DNA of 64,000 nt from a bacterium (GCA_021817945.1 JAKAFL010000016.1:429-64428); one strand, 5' to 3'; positions 1 through 9,786 are shown, counted from the stretch's first letter. Notes: generated from the sequence alone by a model not told the origin. Made by a program: numbers and translations.

Positions 1-506
1 GCGGAGCGCGAGGAGAGGATTAAGGAGAGGGGGGATCGCAAACAGCCAGCGCGATAAATGAGCAATTTCATTTCCAAAAGCTCGGCGCCATCCATGGAGA
101 TTGATTTGGAGGGAAAGCGGAGCAGTTGGTTTGTGGAGGTTTATAAAAATTCAAACGCGGAGGCTGTGGGTGACTCTCCCAAAAACTGAGACGCGCCGAG
201 GTATTTCAGCCTTTTGAATTCCTGTTGTAAACAGCTCGGTTTTTGGATAGGGTGCCCGGCGAAAGGTCCAAGCCTTCTGACCTGGGATTTGGAAACAAGG
301 TGCGATGCCCGGGGTCAGGTGTGGGACGGCATAAACGGTTTTTGCCTGCACAAGGGCGCCCGGCGAATCACTAAATCCATCGTAGTCAGGCGCCTCGCGG
401 CATAACCCATGTCTTGAGCTTGGATCTGCGATGCTTTTGGGAACAGGTGCTTCCAATAGGGGCAAAAAAGATGCCAAACGAGATGGCAGGCGGCGGATCA
501 AACAAT

Positions 507-2948
507 ATGAACAAAAGTTTGAAGGCGGAAATAGATCATTTAACCGGCAAGCTGGATAAAATCATAGTGGAGCAGGCGGGCATGTCGGTGTTCCGCTGCC
601 TGGACACGGTTCGAAAACTTTCCAAAAACGCGCGCCATCGCGGCAGCGAGGCAAGCCGGCTGGCCAAGCTGGGCATCCTGAACCGGCTGGACATGAAAAA
701 AGCCTGCCAGGTGGCGCATGCCTTCAGCTTGTTCTTTCAACTCGTGAACCTGTGCGAGGAAAGGGCGCGTGAAAGGCAGCTCCGAACCAGAAAAATGATG
801 CCCATGTCGCTGCCTCATTTGTTTTCCGAATTGAAACTGGCCGGCGTGACCGAGCGCCAATTGCAAGCCTGCCTGGATGACATTGAAATCGAGCCGGTGC
901 TGACCGCTCACCCCACCGAGGCCAACCGGAGGGCGGTTTTGAACCAGCTCGCCCGGCTTCATTCCCACTGGGAGGATCCAGGGGAGGTTTTGGAAGCCCT
1001 TTGGCAGACGCAGGAAATCAGGGAGCAAAAAATCGGCCCGCTACAGGAGGTGGACAGCGCCTTGTACTACTTTAACCGGACGATTTTCACCACGGTGGCG
1101 GATTTTTATGAGACGTTTGACCGCGACCTGGCCAGGCATTATCCCGGGGTGAAAAGGCAGCGGGCATTCCTGACCTTTGCCAGTTGGGCGGGCGGCGACA
1201 GGGATGGCAATCCATTTGTCACGCCGGACATCAGCTTCACCACCGTCAAGCGGCATCACGATGCGGCTCTGGCTTTTTATGAACGGGAATTCGCTGCGCT
1301 GGCCCAGGAGATCACCCATGCGGATGCCAACGAATTGGTGACCGTTCCCCACAGCCAGGCACAACTTGGCAACCGTTATCAGCCTTACGAGGTGTTTCGG
1401 GAAAAAATTGGGATGGTGCGTCAGAAATTGGGCGAGAAAAAACTGGACGTGGCCGAGCTGGTGTCCGTGCTGGAGGAGGTTCGGGCCGGTTTATTGAAGC
1501 AGAAAGCCACCCGGGCTGCCAATGGGCGGGTGAAACGGCTGCTCCACCAGGCCAGCACCTTTGGGTCCCACCTGGCTGAACTGGATTTCCGGGACCATAG
1601 CGGCAAGCTCGATCAGGCGCCTGCGGAATTGATGGAGGAATTGCAAGCCATCAAGCTGATTCAAAAAAATCATGGCACGCAGGCGGCCAGCCGCTTCATC
1701 CTGAGCATGACCCGGAATGCCAGCGACATCCTGCGTGTGTTTCAGCTTTGCCAGTTGGCGGGGTTGTATGCCATTGATTTGGTGCCGCTCTTCGAGACCA
1801 TCCACGACTTGGAACACTCTGCCAGGGTTTTGGGTGAATTGTGGGCGGATGTGGAGTACCGCCGGCATCTCAAGCAGCGTGGATGGATTCAGGAGGTGAT
1901 GGTGGGATATTCGGATTCCAACAAGGATGGCGGGTACCTGGCGGCAAACTGGTACTTGTACCGCGCGCAAAAGGAAATGTCACGGGTGGCGGATGAATGC
2001 GGAATCAAGCTCCGGTTTTTTCATGGCAAAGGAGGCACCATTGACCGTGGTGGAGGCTCCAGCTACCGCAGCCTCAGGGCGCAGCCCCATGCCGCGCACG
2101 GCGGCAGAATCCGCATCACGGAGCAGGGCGAAGTCATATCCCTGAAATACTCCAATCCCGTCATCGCGCGGCGGAACCTGGAGCAGCTCGCCTCGGCGGT
2201 GATTGCCGCCCAATGCCTGCCCAAGCCTGAAAGCGCCGAATGGCCCCAATGGGAGGCCTTTGCCGACACACTGGCCCGGTTTTCTTGCAGCCATTATCAA
2301 AAGCTCGTTTATGAAACGCCTGACTTTGCGGAGTATTTCTGGCAGGCCACGCCGATTGACCTGATTGACCAAATGCGCCTGGGTTCGCGGCCCTCGCGCC
2401 GCAGCGCCAATGCGGACATCCGGCAACTGCGGGCCATACCCTGGGTCTTTTCTTGGACCCAGTCCCGGCACATGATCTCCGCATGGTATGGCGTGGGCCA
2501 CGCCTTCCAAAGATTTGCAAATGAACACACCGATGGCTTGGATTCTCTGCGGCGCATGTACCGCCGATGGCCCTTTTTTCGGAATCTTCTCGATAACGCG
2601 GAGGTTTCCCTGGCCAAGACAGACTTGGGTATTGCACGGCAGTATGCGGGTTTGGTGGAGAATCTGGAGGTTCGCAAAAGGATTTTTGGCCTGATCGAGG
2701 AGGAATACAACTTGTCGGTGCAAATGGTCCTGGCCATCAACGGACGCAAGGAGTTGCTGGAAAATCAACCCATTCTGGCCCAATCCATTCGGCTGCGGAA
2801 TCCCTACGTGGACCCGCTTAATTACATGCAGATACGGTTTTTATCAGTTTGGCGCAAGGCCGGTGAGGGTCATCGCACCGAGCAGTTGCGCCGATTGCTG
2901 GCGCTGACCATCAAGGGCGTGGCCTCCGGAATGAAAAGCACCGGTTAG
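507..2948 (+). CDS. ppc: Phosphoenolpyruvate carboxylase
   Basis: The ORF 414..2948 carries PEPC signatures: VLTAHPTEANRR, GYSDSNKDGGY, FHGKGGTIDRGGG, and a C-terminal GMKSTG. The N-terminus aligns with other PEPCs from MNKSLKAEIDHL (ATG at 507). The upstream in-frame starts at 414, 471 and 483 are less likely. Confidence 0.93.
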   Translation: MNKSLKAEIDHLTGKLDKIIVEQAGMSVFRCLDTVRKLSKNARHRGSEASRLAKLGILNRLDMKKACQVAHAFSLFFQLVNLCEERARERQLRTRKMMPMSLPHLFSELKLAGVTERQLQACLDDIEIEPVLTAHPTEANRRAVLNQLARLHSHWEDPGEVLEALWQTQEIREQKIGPLQEVDSALYYFNRTIFTTVADFYETFDRDLARHYPGVKRQRAFLTFASWAGGDRDGNPFVTPDISFTTVKRHHDAALAFYEREFAALAQEITHADANELVTVPHSQAQLGNRYQPYEVFREKIGMVRQKLGEKKLDVAELVSVLEEVRAGLLKQKATRAANGRVKRLLHQASTFGSHLAELDFRDHSGKLDQAPAELMEELQAIKLIQKNHGTQAASRFILSMTRNASDILRVFQLCQLAGLYAIDLVPLFETIHDLEHSARVLGELWADVEYRRHLKQRGWIQEVMVGYSDSNKDGGYLAANWYLYRAQKEMSRVADECGIKLRFFHGKGGTIDRGGGSSYRSLRAQPHAAHGGRIRITEQGEVISLKYSNPVIARRNLEQLASAVIAAQCLPKPESAEWPQWEAFADTLARFSCSHYQKLVYETPDFAEYFWQATPIDLIDQMRLGSRPSRRSANADIRQLRAIPWVFSWTQSRHMISAWYGVGHAFQRFANEHTDGLDSLRRMYRRWPFFRNLLDNAEVSLAKTDLGIARQYAGLVENLEVRKRIFGLIEEEYNLSVQMVLAINGRKELLENQPILAQSIRLRNPYVDPLNYMQIRFLSVWRKAGEGHRTEQLRRLLALTIKGVASGMKSTG

Positions 2949-2984
2949 GTCCTCCGGTCTCAAGCCAGTGAACGTTTCCTCTTT

Positions 2985-3157
2985 TTAACCCGAAAAACGA
3001 AATTCAAAAGGCGAATCTGCACCAATCTATCGGGCGCAAACTCTATGGAAAAATCTCACCAGACCGCTTCAGGTATGGTTTCGATTTTTCCAAGGAGTTT
3101 CCGCTCCAGGATATTGCCGAATCTTGACCTTTTCCATTCCGCTTTTCAGGTTTAATC
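2985..3157 (-). mobile_element. MITE-like repeat, copy D (inverted relative to copies B and C), about 173 bp with about 30-bp imperfect terminal inverted repeats
   Basis: The left end ttaacccgaaaaacgaaattcaaaagg is the inverted complement of the right end ccttttccattccgcttttcaggtttaa. The reverse complement of the core (ggagcggaaactccttggaaaaatcgaaaccatacctgaagcggtctggtgagatttttccatagag) closely matches the copies at 45999 and 49990. It is intergenic, downstream of ppc. Confidence 0.8.
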
Positions 3158-3284
3158 ATGTATTTCAACGCCGGATTATACCGGGATATTGCTTGCTGGT
3201 TGAATGAAAAGAGTGCCTCCGTAATGACGGGATACTAATAACAACGGCTCTTGTTATTTTCAGGCAGACTTTTATATTTCTCTC

Positions 3285-4118
3285 ATGATCAAGTACCACG
3301 TGCAAGTGGTTGTATTGTCGGTCTCGGCAATTTTTTCCAGCATCAGCGCATGGTCCCAAGGTTCCCCCGCTTCATGGGCAGACATCCGTATGGCGGCTGA
3401 ATCCGGGGACGTCGCCGCACAAATAAAACTGGCTAATCAATATATTTTGCACGGGGATTTGGTGAAGGGCGAAGCTTGGATGCGCAAAGCCGCCAAGACA
3501 GGGAGTGACACGGCCCAATTTCAATTGGGCAACCTGCTTTTGCGCCGAGCCCGGGCCTTTGGAAACCGGGATCCCGATGAAAAAGCCATGTTGGGATCCG
3601 AGGCGATTGCCTTGATTGAGATGTCCGCCAAGCAGGGCAATTCCGGGGCGGAGGTTGCCCTGGCATCGGCGTGCCTGGGAGGAGATTTTACCAAGGTTGA
3701 TGCCGAGGCCGCTTATGAGTGGGCTGATCTAGCCAGCCATGCGCCCGCCTCCGACCCTGCCCACAGCAGCGGCATCACCATTCGCGACTCGGCAGTGCTG
3801 CAAATGACCACGGACCAGATCAAGGAAGCCCGGCTCTGGGTGGCCCATTTCAAACCAGTTAAAGCAGCCAAGGGATCGCAACCGGCCATGCCTTTGCCGG
3901 CTTGGGCCCGTCATCTTCAACTTTCTGGACTGAGCGGTTCACCATCCCAACCCCTGGCCATAATCAATAATCAAACTTTTGGCGTGGGTGATTCCCTTCC
4001 CATCCAGTTAAAGGACCGGACCGTTCAGGTGCAATGCTTGAAAATCAATGCTCAATCCGTCCTGTTACAAGTTCAGGGTTTGGATAACCCGGTGGAACTC
4101 ACCCTGACCCCTCCCTGA
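3285..4118 (+). CDS. Secreted Sel1/TPR-like repeat protein with a C-terminal PilP-like beta domain
   Basis: It has an N-terminal signal-like segment (VVVLSVSAIFSSISAWS). Sel1-type repeats are visible (AAQIKLANQYILHGDLVKGEAWMRKAAKTGSDTAQFQLGNLL; AKQGNSGAEVALASACL). The C-terminus LAIINNQTFGVGDSL...VQCLKINAQSVLL resembles the C-terminus of the ORF at 22675..23103. Confidence 0.6.
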   Translation: MIKYHVQVVVLSVSAIFSSISAWSQGSPASWADIRMAAESGDVAAQIKLANQYILHGDLVKGEAWMRKAAKTGSDTAQFQLGNLLLRRARAFGNRDPDEKAMLGSEAIALIEMSAKQGNSGAEVALASACLGGDFTKVDAEAAYEWADLASHAPASDPAHSSGITIRDSAVLQMTTDQIKEARLWVAHFKPVKAAKGSQPAMPLPAWARHLQLSGLSGSPSQPLAIINNQTFGVGDSLPIQLKDRTVQVQCLKINAQSVLLQVQGLDNPVELTLTPP

Positions 4119-5466
4119 TCCGGGGAGGTGGTCCGGCGCGGTTCAGGCTGGGCACATCATTGATTTCAATGTCGTGCGGGAGGGCATGATCGGCAAGGAC
4201 AGCCTGGCCAGACCAAACTTGGCGCGAGGTCCATTCTGTTCGGGAGCCCTTCCAGAATGGATTGTCAGGTGATAGCCCGAGTGGCAGCAAGACCGTGGCG
4301 GTCAAATAGAGGCTGCCGGTGGATATGTAGGTTTCTGCCAGCGTTGGTTGATGGCCATAAAGCCCCACTTGAAGCCATCCAGCATCATTAAATGTTCCGG
4401 GCGCGTTGAAGACCCGCTTCATCACAGCGGTCAGCGCGCTTCGCACCTGCGCGGGTTGCAGCGGGGGTGGCAGGTCTCCCCGTAATGCCGTTTGGGCCAG
4501 GCAATGAAACACTCCCAGCCGGTAGGTGATGGACCGGCCAAAACATGGAAAGGTGGCGTCTGGGGCTATCAATCGTTCTTGAATCACCGCAAAACGTCGC
4601 GCCCTGTTTGTTTCCATTTCCAGTAAGGAGGAAAAACGGGCGTCTGTCCGGGTCAAATGACTCAGGATCTCCAAGAGCATGGGGTGGATGACAAAACTGT
4701 TGTAATAGTCCCAATGAAAAAGCGGGCCATCTCCGTAAACCCCGTCACCTTTGTACCATTGCAACATGTGTCGGAGGCACTCTTCCAAGCGCGGTTCAAG
4801 GGTGGGCTGGCCAAAAATCATTAACGCCGTTTCAATCATAGCTGGAAACAAAACCCAGTTGCTGGATTTGGGAATGGCAATCGTCCGGGTGGATTCCAGC
4901 GCTTGGATTATTTGTCTTTGAACTGCCTGTGGCAAAGGGTGCCACAAAGCATCAGGAGCTCGCAAAAGGCCCAAAGCCAGAAATGCCGCGTCCACTAACG
5001 GCTGAGATCCCCGGGTGAAATTCATGAAATCCGGGGATTGCGGATTTGTTGCGGAATCCAGGGATTTTTGGGCCAGGGCAAGCATGGAAAGGCGAACCTT
5101 ATCCTCGGATGGGTCCGTGCCAGTGGCTCCCAGCCAGGGAGCGATGCCGGCCAGCAGGCGGCCAAACGCCTCAAGATAAGTGTAATGAATCCGGTCCAAA
5201 GGATGGGCCGCCTCCACGGGCATGGTTTTGGCCATTTCTCCAGCGGCAAGGCGGCTTAAAACCGGGGTGGCCAGTTTGACCGCATGGTTTATCCAAACCA
5301 CCCGGTCGGATTCTTCCGTGGCTTGCCCTGGGGGTTGGTCTGGTTCTTCCGCCCTGCCAGTTTGGGCGCCAACCAGGCCGGCAGCTCCCAGCAAGGTCAG
5401 ATTTTTAAAAAAGGCGCGACGATTTTCCATATTGGGTGAAGCCAACATGGAAACCCATTGGTTCAA
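4099..5466 (-). CDS. Tat-signal exported protein, DUF2264-like (family assignment from memory)
   Basis: A twin-arginine signal is present (MENRRAFFKNLTLLGAAGLVGAQTGRA), with an alternative start at 5430. The long, uninterrupted ORF contains the HWDYYNSFVIHPML region that I associate with DUF2264. It overlaps the end of the upstream convergent gene by 20 nt. Confidence 0.5.
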   Translation of the reverse strand: MNQWVSMLASPNMENRRAFFKNLTLLGAAGLVGAQTGRAEEPDQPPGQATEESDRVVWINHAVKLATPVLSRLAAGEMAKTMPVEAAHPLDRIHYTYLEAFGRLLAGIAPWLGATGTDPSEDKVRLSMLALAQKSLDSATNPQSPDFMNFTRGSQPLVDAAFLALGLLRAPDALWHPLPQAVQRQIIQALESTRTIAIPKSSNWVLFPAMIETALMIFGQPTLEPRLEECLRHMLQWYKGDGVYGDGPLFHWDYYNSFVIHPMLLEILSHLTRTDARFSSLLEMETNRARRFAVIQERLIAPDATFPCFGRSITYRLGVFHCLAQTALRGDLPPPLQPAQVRSALTAVMKRVFNAPGTFNDAGWLQVGLYGHQPTLAETYISTGSLYLTATVLLPLGLSPDNPFWKGSRTEWTSRQVWSGQAVLADHALPHDIEINDVPSLNRAGPPPRIREGSG

Positions 5467-5487
5467 TTTGCCGGGGTGCCATGACAG

Positions 5488-6768
5488 TCAAGGAGTGTGT
5501 GGCCTGGTCCGGACACGGATCACATAGGGGCCATTGCTGACAGGTTGGTTTTGCCAGGTTCCACCGGAGGTTGAGGCGTAATTGCCCAGTGCACCAAAGC
5601 CGATCCAGGCCGGGTAGGGGCAAAAAGACCATCCCACCTTGGCATTGTCCGAGGGAGTGGTTGGGGCGAGTTCCACGTAATAGGTTCCGGGAGGGAGGGT
5701 CATGGGGGTGTTTGGAATGAACGCTGCTGTTTGCTGCCCTGTCACCAACGCGGAGCCTATGGTGCCCAATGGGTTGGAAGGGTTGCCGTTGGCTCCTGCC
5801 GTCCACAGGCTGGCTGTGATATTCCCAGGCAGGTTGGTGGCGATTAGATCGGCGTCCACTTCCAACAGGTCAAAGACTCCATTTGTATTGATGAATTCCT
5901 GCGCCAGCAAAAAATCGGAGTTGTTATTATCCGTCCCGATTGGGCCGTCCCAGCTTCCAATCGTCTGGGTGGTGTTGTCCGCAACTAATCCTTGTCTCAG
6001 GCGAAAAAATGCCTGCGAACCCGGCGTGGAAGCCGTCACGCTGTTTGTTCCGAGCTGGTCGGTTGGCAAACTTGACATAGGAACCCATGTGCCGGGAGAC
6101 AGGTTTGTGGTTTCATCCGGCACAAATCCATAAAGTAATGCAGGCCAAGCCAGTGTGATTTGCTGGTTTTGGAGTTGGACACCCAGGTTGGCAGGGATGG
6201 GCGAAGCCGTTACGCTCATTTGCTGGGGATAATTGGTGATGGAATTATTCTCCCAATAACCGGGAGAGTCGTCTGCAATGCTCCCCAACAACCCGGTTCC
6301 AGACCACAGAAGGTTGTTTGCATAGGACCAGTCCACCGCACCGCTGTCAGCCGGGGTGGCTGGTGCCGTCACCACATAATAGGCACCTGGATTCAAGACA
6401 ATGTTTGTAAACGGTGAAAAATTCACCAAGCCCGAAGTGGCCACAAAATTGGTTCCAACCATGGCCAACAGGTTGAAGGGGTTATTATTGGCATCGGTGT
6501 TCCAGATGGAAACGGTGATGTTTGCGCCCCCCGAACTGGAAATCAACAGGAGCGTGACTTCATTAAGAAGGTATGGATTCGGTCCGGGAGGAATCAGAAA
6601 TTCCTGGCCTATCCGGAAATCATTTGAGTTGGCATCGCTGCCAATGGGGCCGTAATAGTTACGGGTGGGTTGCGTTAGATTGTTCACGATCACGTCGGAG
6701 CGGGCGACTCCGGGGAGCACTAACATGAGCGTTGCCAGTATTAAACGGACCAGGACGGGGTGTTTCAT
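5488..6768 (-). CDS. Secreted protein with an internal tandem duplication of a roughly 170-aa domain
   Basis: A signal peptide MKHPVLVRLILATLMLVLPGVARS begins at 6768. Two homologous halves are visible: (a) NNLTQPTRNYYGPIGSDANSNDFRIGQEF...NITVSIWNT...LNPGAYYVVTAPATPADSGAVDWSY; (b) DNTTQTIGSWDGPIGTDNNNSDFLLAQEF...NITASLWTA...LPPGTYYVELAPTTPSDNAKVGWSF. Confidence 0.6.
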   Translation of the reverse strand: MKHPVLVRLILATLMLVLPGVARSDVIVNNLTQPTRNYYGPIGSDANSNDFRIGQEFLIPPGPNPYLLNEVTLLLISSSGGANITVSIWNTDANNNPFNLLAMVGTNFVATSGLVNFSPFTNIVLNPGAYYVVTAPATPADSGAVDWSYANNLLWSGTGLLGSIADDSPGYWENNSITNYPQQMSVTASPIPANLGVQLQNQQITLAWPALLYGFVPDETTNLSPGTWVPMSSLPTDQLGTNSVTASTPGSQAFFRLRQGLVADNTTQTIGSWDGPIGTDNNNSDFLLAQEFINTNGVFDLLEVDADLIATNLPGNITASLWTAGANGNPSNPLGTIGSALVTGQQTAAFIPNTPMTLPPGTYYVELAPTTPSDNAKVGWSFCPYPAWIGFGALGNYASTSGGTWQNQPVSNGPYVIRVRTRPHTP

Positions 6769-6985
6769 GGAATTAAAAGGAACCAAAATCTCCGCCTGGC
6801 TTGTGGGCGGAAAAAGCCTGGAATTTGTTCTGCGACAAAGGTTTCACAAGCCTGGCTGAACCGTTTCAAGAACATGGGCACATATTTAAGCATGCGCAAT
6901 ATGCCATACAGGCAGGATGAATTCAAGAATGGAGCGGGAACTGCGGGGGTTTTTGACCCCACATCCCAAGGTGGCAACGATGGAA

Positions 6986-9316
6986 TTATCGCAGGCGCAA
7001 TTTTGCAAAAAGGGCAACCTTGAAGAAATCCAGGAGGATGAAATAAGCCAGCGCCGCCAGCGCCACCCAAGCCAGGAAACGACAGGGCAGGGCGGTGACA
7101 AGCCAGCCCTGCCAGCAGATCAACGTCGTAAAGCCAAGACCCAGGATGGAACTCCAGAGCATGAACCGGCCGGGCATGGAATGCCAGCAATGCAACCTTT
7201 CCCGAAGGAGGTAAACCCCGGCTTGTGAGGTGATGATGGTGGTAAAAAAGGTGAGCGCCTGAAGGTGCAGCATGTCGAGTTTGAGCAGGTAATGGCCCCA
7301 CATGAAAATGCCTAGGGAAAAAATCAGCCTGCCCAAAGCCAGTGCCACTCCCGCTCCCAGGATTTTTCGCGAATGCCATTCATTGGGCATGGGCGAAACT
7401 TCCATGCTATCGGTGGAAATGGCCATGGTCAGAAAATCATTCAAAAAAAGAACCAGAACCATCAGCATGGGCGTGAGCGGCTTGTGGCCGGTCAGCAAAA
7501 ACCCCACCACCAACAGGGCCATCATCTCCATTTTTTTGGTCAGGGTGTTCAGGGTGTAGGTCATGATGCGTTGAAACACGCACCGGCTGGTGGTGATTGC
7601 GGCGGAAACTCCGCCAAGTCCCGGCTGGGTCAGCACCATGGCCGCCGCCGCCTTGGCCACATCCGTGGCGTTTGCCACCGCTATTCCGGCTTCCGCCTGG
7701 CGCAGGGCAGGCGCGTCGTTGACTCCGTCACCACTCATGCCCACCACCGCCCCCTTCCGCTGAAAGGCCCGGACCAGCTTGTACTTGTCCTCTGGCAAAA
7801 CCTCGGCAAAAACCTGATAGCTGCTCGCGGCTTTTTCCCAATCCAATCCAGATAATTTCGGGCAAAGGGTGGGCGGAATGCCCGTCTGGTTTGCCACGCT
7901 ACGCGCCGTCAGGGCATTGTCCCCTGTGATCATCACCACACGCACCCCGGCGTTTTGAATGGTTTCCACCACCTGCCTGGAATCTTCCCGCACCGCGTCT
8001 TCCATTCCCAAAAGGCCAAGCCATTGCCAGCGTGTTCCATCGCCCTGGGCCACCCCCAGCACGCGCTGGCCTTTGGCAATGATTCCCTCCGCAGGGCCTT
8101 TCCATGCCGCCTCAACGATCCCCGCCCGGGCAGACACCACCGCCGGCGCCCCTTTCAAATACGCGCGGGTTTCCCCGGCGGAGGTTTGATAGGCCGCCTC
8201 AGAACACTTGGTGGCCGGATCAAATGGCTTGAATTGAGTTCGCGTCAATCCCGTGCCTGATGCTGCCTCAGGAGCAGCCAGGGCCAGGATGGCGCCCTCC
8301 ACGGGATCCATGCCGGAGGGATCACTGGCCAGCGCGGCGGCACGCACCAAAGCCTTTTCTTGTCCGATCTCGGCTGGCAACACCGTTTTGACCGTGGCCT
8401 GGTTCTTGGTCAGTGTGCCGGTTTTATCCGAACACAAAACGGTCATGGATGCGATGTCATGCAACGCGCTGAGCCGGGTGATCAGCACGGCGTTTTTGGA
8501 TAGCTCCACCGAACCCAGAGCCGCCGCCAGCGTGAATGTGGCCGGCAAAGCCACTGGTATGGACGCCAAAAGAATGGTGAGCAGCAGCGGAACGATGTAG
8601 GCAATGGTCATTCCATGCCAATGCGCGTAGGCCAGCACCAGCATCACCATTCCGGCATTCACAACCAGAAGGTTTCTCACTATCCCGGTGATCTCCACCT
8701 CCTGCCGGTTGACGGTGTGTGCGGTGCGGACCAGTTCCGCGGTTTTTCCAAAAAACGTGGACGTCCCAATGGCAGTCACCCGGCCATCCGCCTCGCCTCT
8801 TCGAACCATCGCTCCCGCGAACGCTGTGCCTCCGGCTTCCACGGCCACCGTATCGGACTCCCCGGTCAGCGCAGATTGGTCCAATTGGAGAGTTCCCAAG
8901 GTCAACAGGACATCCGCAGGCACGATTGCCCCCTGCCGAAGGTGTATGACATCGCCCGGCACCAATTTTTCAGCCGGAAGGTCCATCCATCGGGAATCCC
9001 TTCGCACATGCGCCTTTACCTGTAATTGGCGTCGAAGCAGGGCAAGTGCCTTGCGCGCCTTGCCTTCCTGAACATAGCTGAGGACGGCATTCATCACCAG
9101 CAGACCTCCAATGACGCCCGCCTCCAAGCGTTCTCCCAGGCATAGCTGCAAAAAAACCGAGGCTTCAAGCAGCCAGGGAATCGGAGCCCAAAAACGCCTT
9201 AAAAATTCCCGCCAAGGCTGGTGCTTTTCCTCCTTCACGGCATTGATGCCGTGTTTGCGCCGCAACTCCTGCACTTCCGCTGCGGATAATCCGGGGTCGC
9301 CTGCTTCAGGTTTCAT
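6986..9316 (-). CDS. P-type ATPase, plasma-membrane H+-ATPase-like (type IIIA)
   Basis: P-type ATPase motifs are present: LTGESDTV, CSDKTGTLTKN (phosphorylation site), MITGDN and GDGVNDAPALRQAEAGIAV. The N-terminus (GLSAAEVQELRRKHGINAVKEEK...) and overall layout resemble fungal and plant proton pumps but lack a C-terminal regulatory tail. Confidence 0.8.
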   Translation of the reverse strand: MKPEAGDPGLSAAEVQELRRKHGINAVKEEKHQPWREFLRRFWAPIPWLLEASVFLQLCLGERLEAGVIGGLLVMNAVLSYVQEGKARKALALLRRQLQVKAHVRRDSRWMDLPAEKLVPGDVIHLRQGAIVPADVLLTLGTLQLDQSALTGESDTVAVEAGGTAFAGAMVRRGEADGRVTAIGTSTFFGKTAELVRTAHTVNRQEVEITGIVRNLLVVNAGMVMLVLAYAHWHGMTIAYIVPLLLTILLASIPVALPATFTLAAALGSVELSKNAVLITRLSALHDIASMTVLCSDKTGTLTKNQATVKTVLPAEIGQEKALVRAAALASDPSGMDPVEGAILALAAPEAASGTGLTRTQFKPFDPATKCSEAAYQTSAGETRAYLKGAPAVVSARAGIVEAAWKGPAEGIIAKGQRVLGVAQGDGTRWQWLGLLGMEDAVREDSRQVVETIQNAGVRVVMITGDNALTARSVANQTGIPPTLCPKLSGLDWEKAASSYQVFAEVLPEDKYKLVRAFQRKGAVVGMSGDGVNDAPALRQAEAGIAVANATDVAKAAAAMVLTQPGLGGVSAAITTSRCVFQRIMTYTLNTLTKKMEMMALLVVGFLLTGHKPLTPMLMVLVLFLNDFLTMAISTDSMEVSPMPNEWHSRKILGAGVALALGRLIFSLGIFMWGHYLLKLDMLHLQALTFFTTIITSQAGVYLLRERLHCWHSMPGRFMLWSSILGLGFTTLICWQGWLVTALPCRFLAWVALAALAYFILLDFFKVALFAKLRLR

Positions 9317-9334
9317 TCTGATGATTGGAGCGGT

Positions 9335-9634
9335 TCACTCGGGGGGATTCTGCCGCAAACGGATAAATTCGGCAATCACGGCCCGTTCCGCCTCGACCCA
9401 AATTTCAAGGGCTGTGTCCGCAGGCTCTCCTTTTTTAACCCATAAATCATGCGCGCTGGACTGGACGAGGCGATGAATCGCCAGATGTTCCCAGGCATTT
9501 AAGGACGGCTCCGCTTGCCGGGTGGGGCGCGGTTTTTGAATTCTTGTTTTCATGGCGCTTGATGTTTTGCATGCGTCCCCGGTCGGATGCCGGCTCAGCA
9601 AGCTTTTGGTAAATTGGTTGAATTGCTTCATCAT
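9335..9634 (-). CDS. Small DUF2934-like protein
   Basis: The C-terminal motif AHDLWVKKGEPADTALEIWVEAERAV matches the DUF2934 pattern (A..lW...G.P.g....W..AE..l). The gene lies 18 nt upstream of the ATPase on the same strand. An alternative start is at 9553 (MKTRIQKP). Confidence 0.45.
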   Translation of the reverse strand: MMKQFNQFTKSLLSRHPTGDACKTSSAMKTRIQKPRPTRQAEPSLNAWEHLAIHRLVQSSAHDLWVKKGEPADTALEIWVEAERAVIAEFIRLRQNPPE

Positions 9635-9786
9635 GTTTGTATTTCCAGTGAAACCGGTTGAGATTAGCAGCGCATGAATGCAACATTAAAAAGCGCATGA
9701 ATCTCCGGGTGTTTCAAAAACCGCAATGGAGGGTCGGTCGGGAGAGGATGATTTTCCTGCCCATTTTTTGATTTTACCCGTATTTT

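Noticed and set aside
1-57. Possible 3' end of a plus-strand gene (…AEREERIKERGDRKQPAR-stop)
   Set aside because: Only 18 codons are visible and their composition is low-complexity and charged. That is too little evidence to call a CDS.
60-240. Possible fifth, degenerate copy of the MITE-like repeat upstream of ppc
   Set aside because: I could find only patchy similarity, for example gccttttgaattcc and ctgtgggtgac...gcgcc. I could not align it confidently by eye, and neither TIR is recognisable.
151-501. 116-aa minus-strand ORF upstream of, and overlapping, the ppc start region
   Set aside because: It has no recognisable motifs and a Pro/Arg/Ser-rich composition. It overlaps the probable ppc 5' region, so it is likely spurious.
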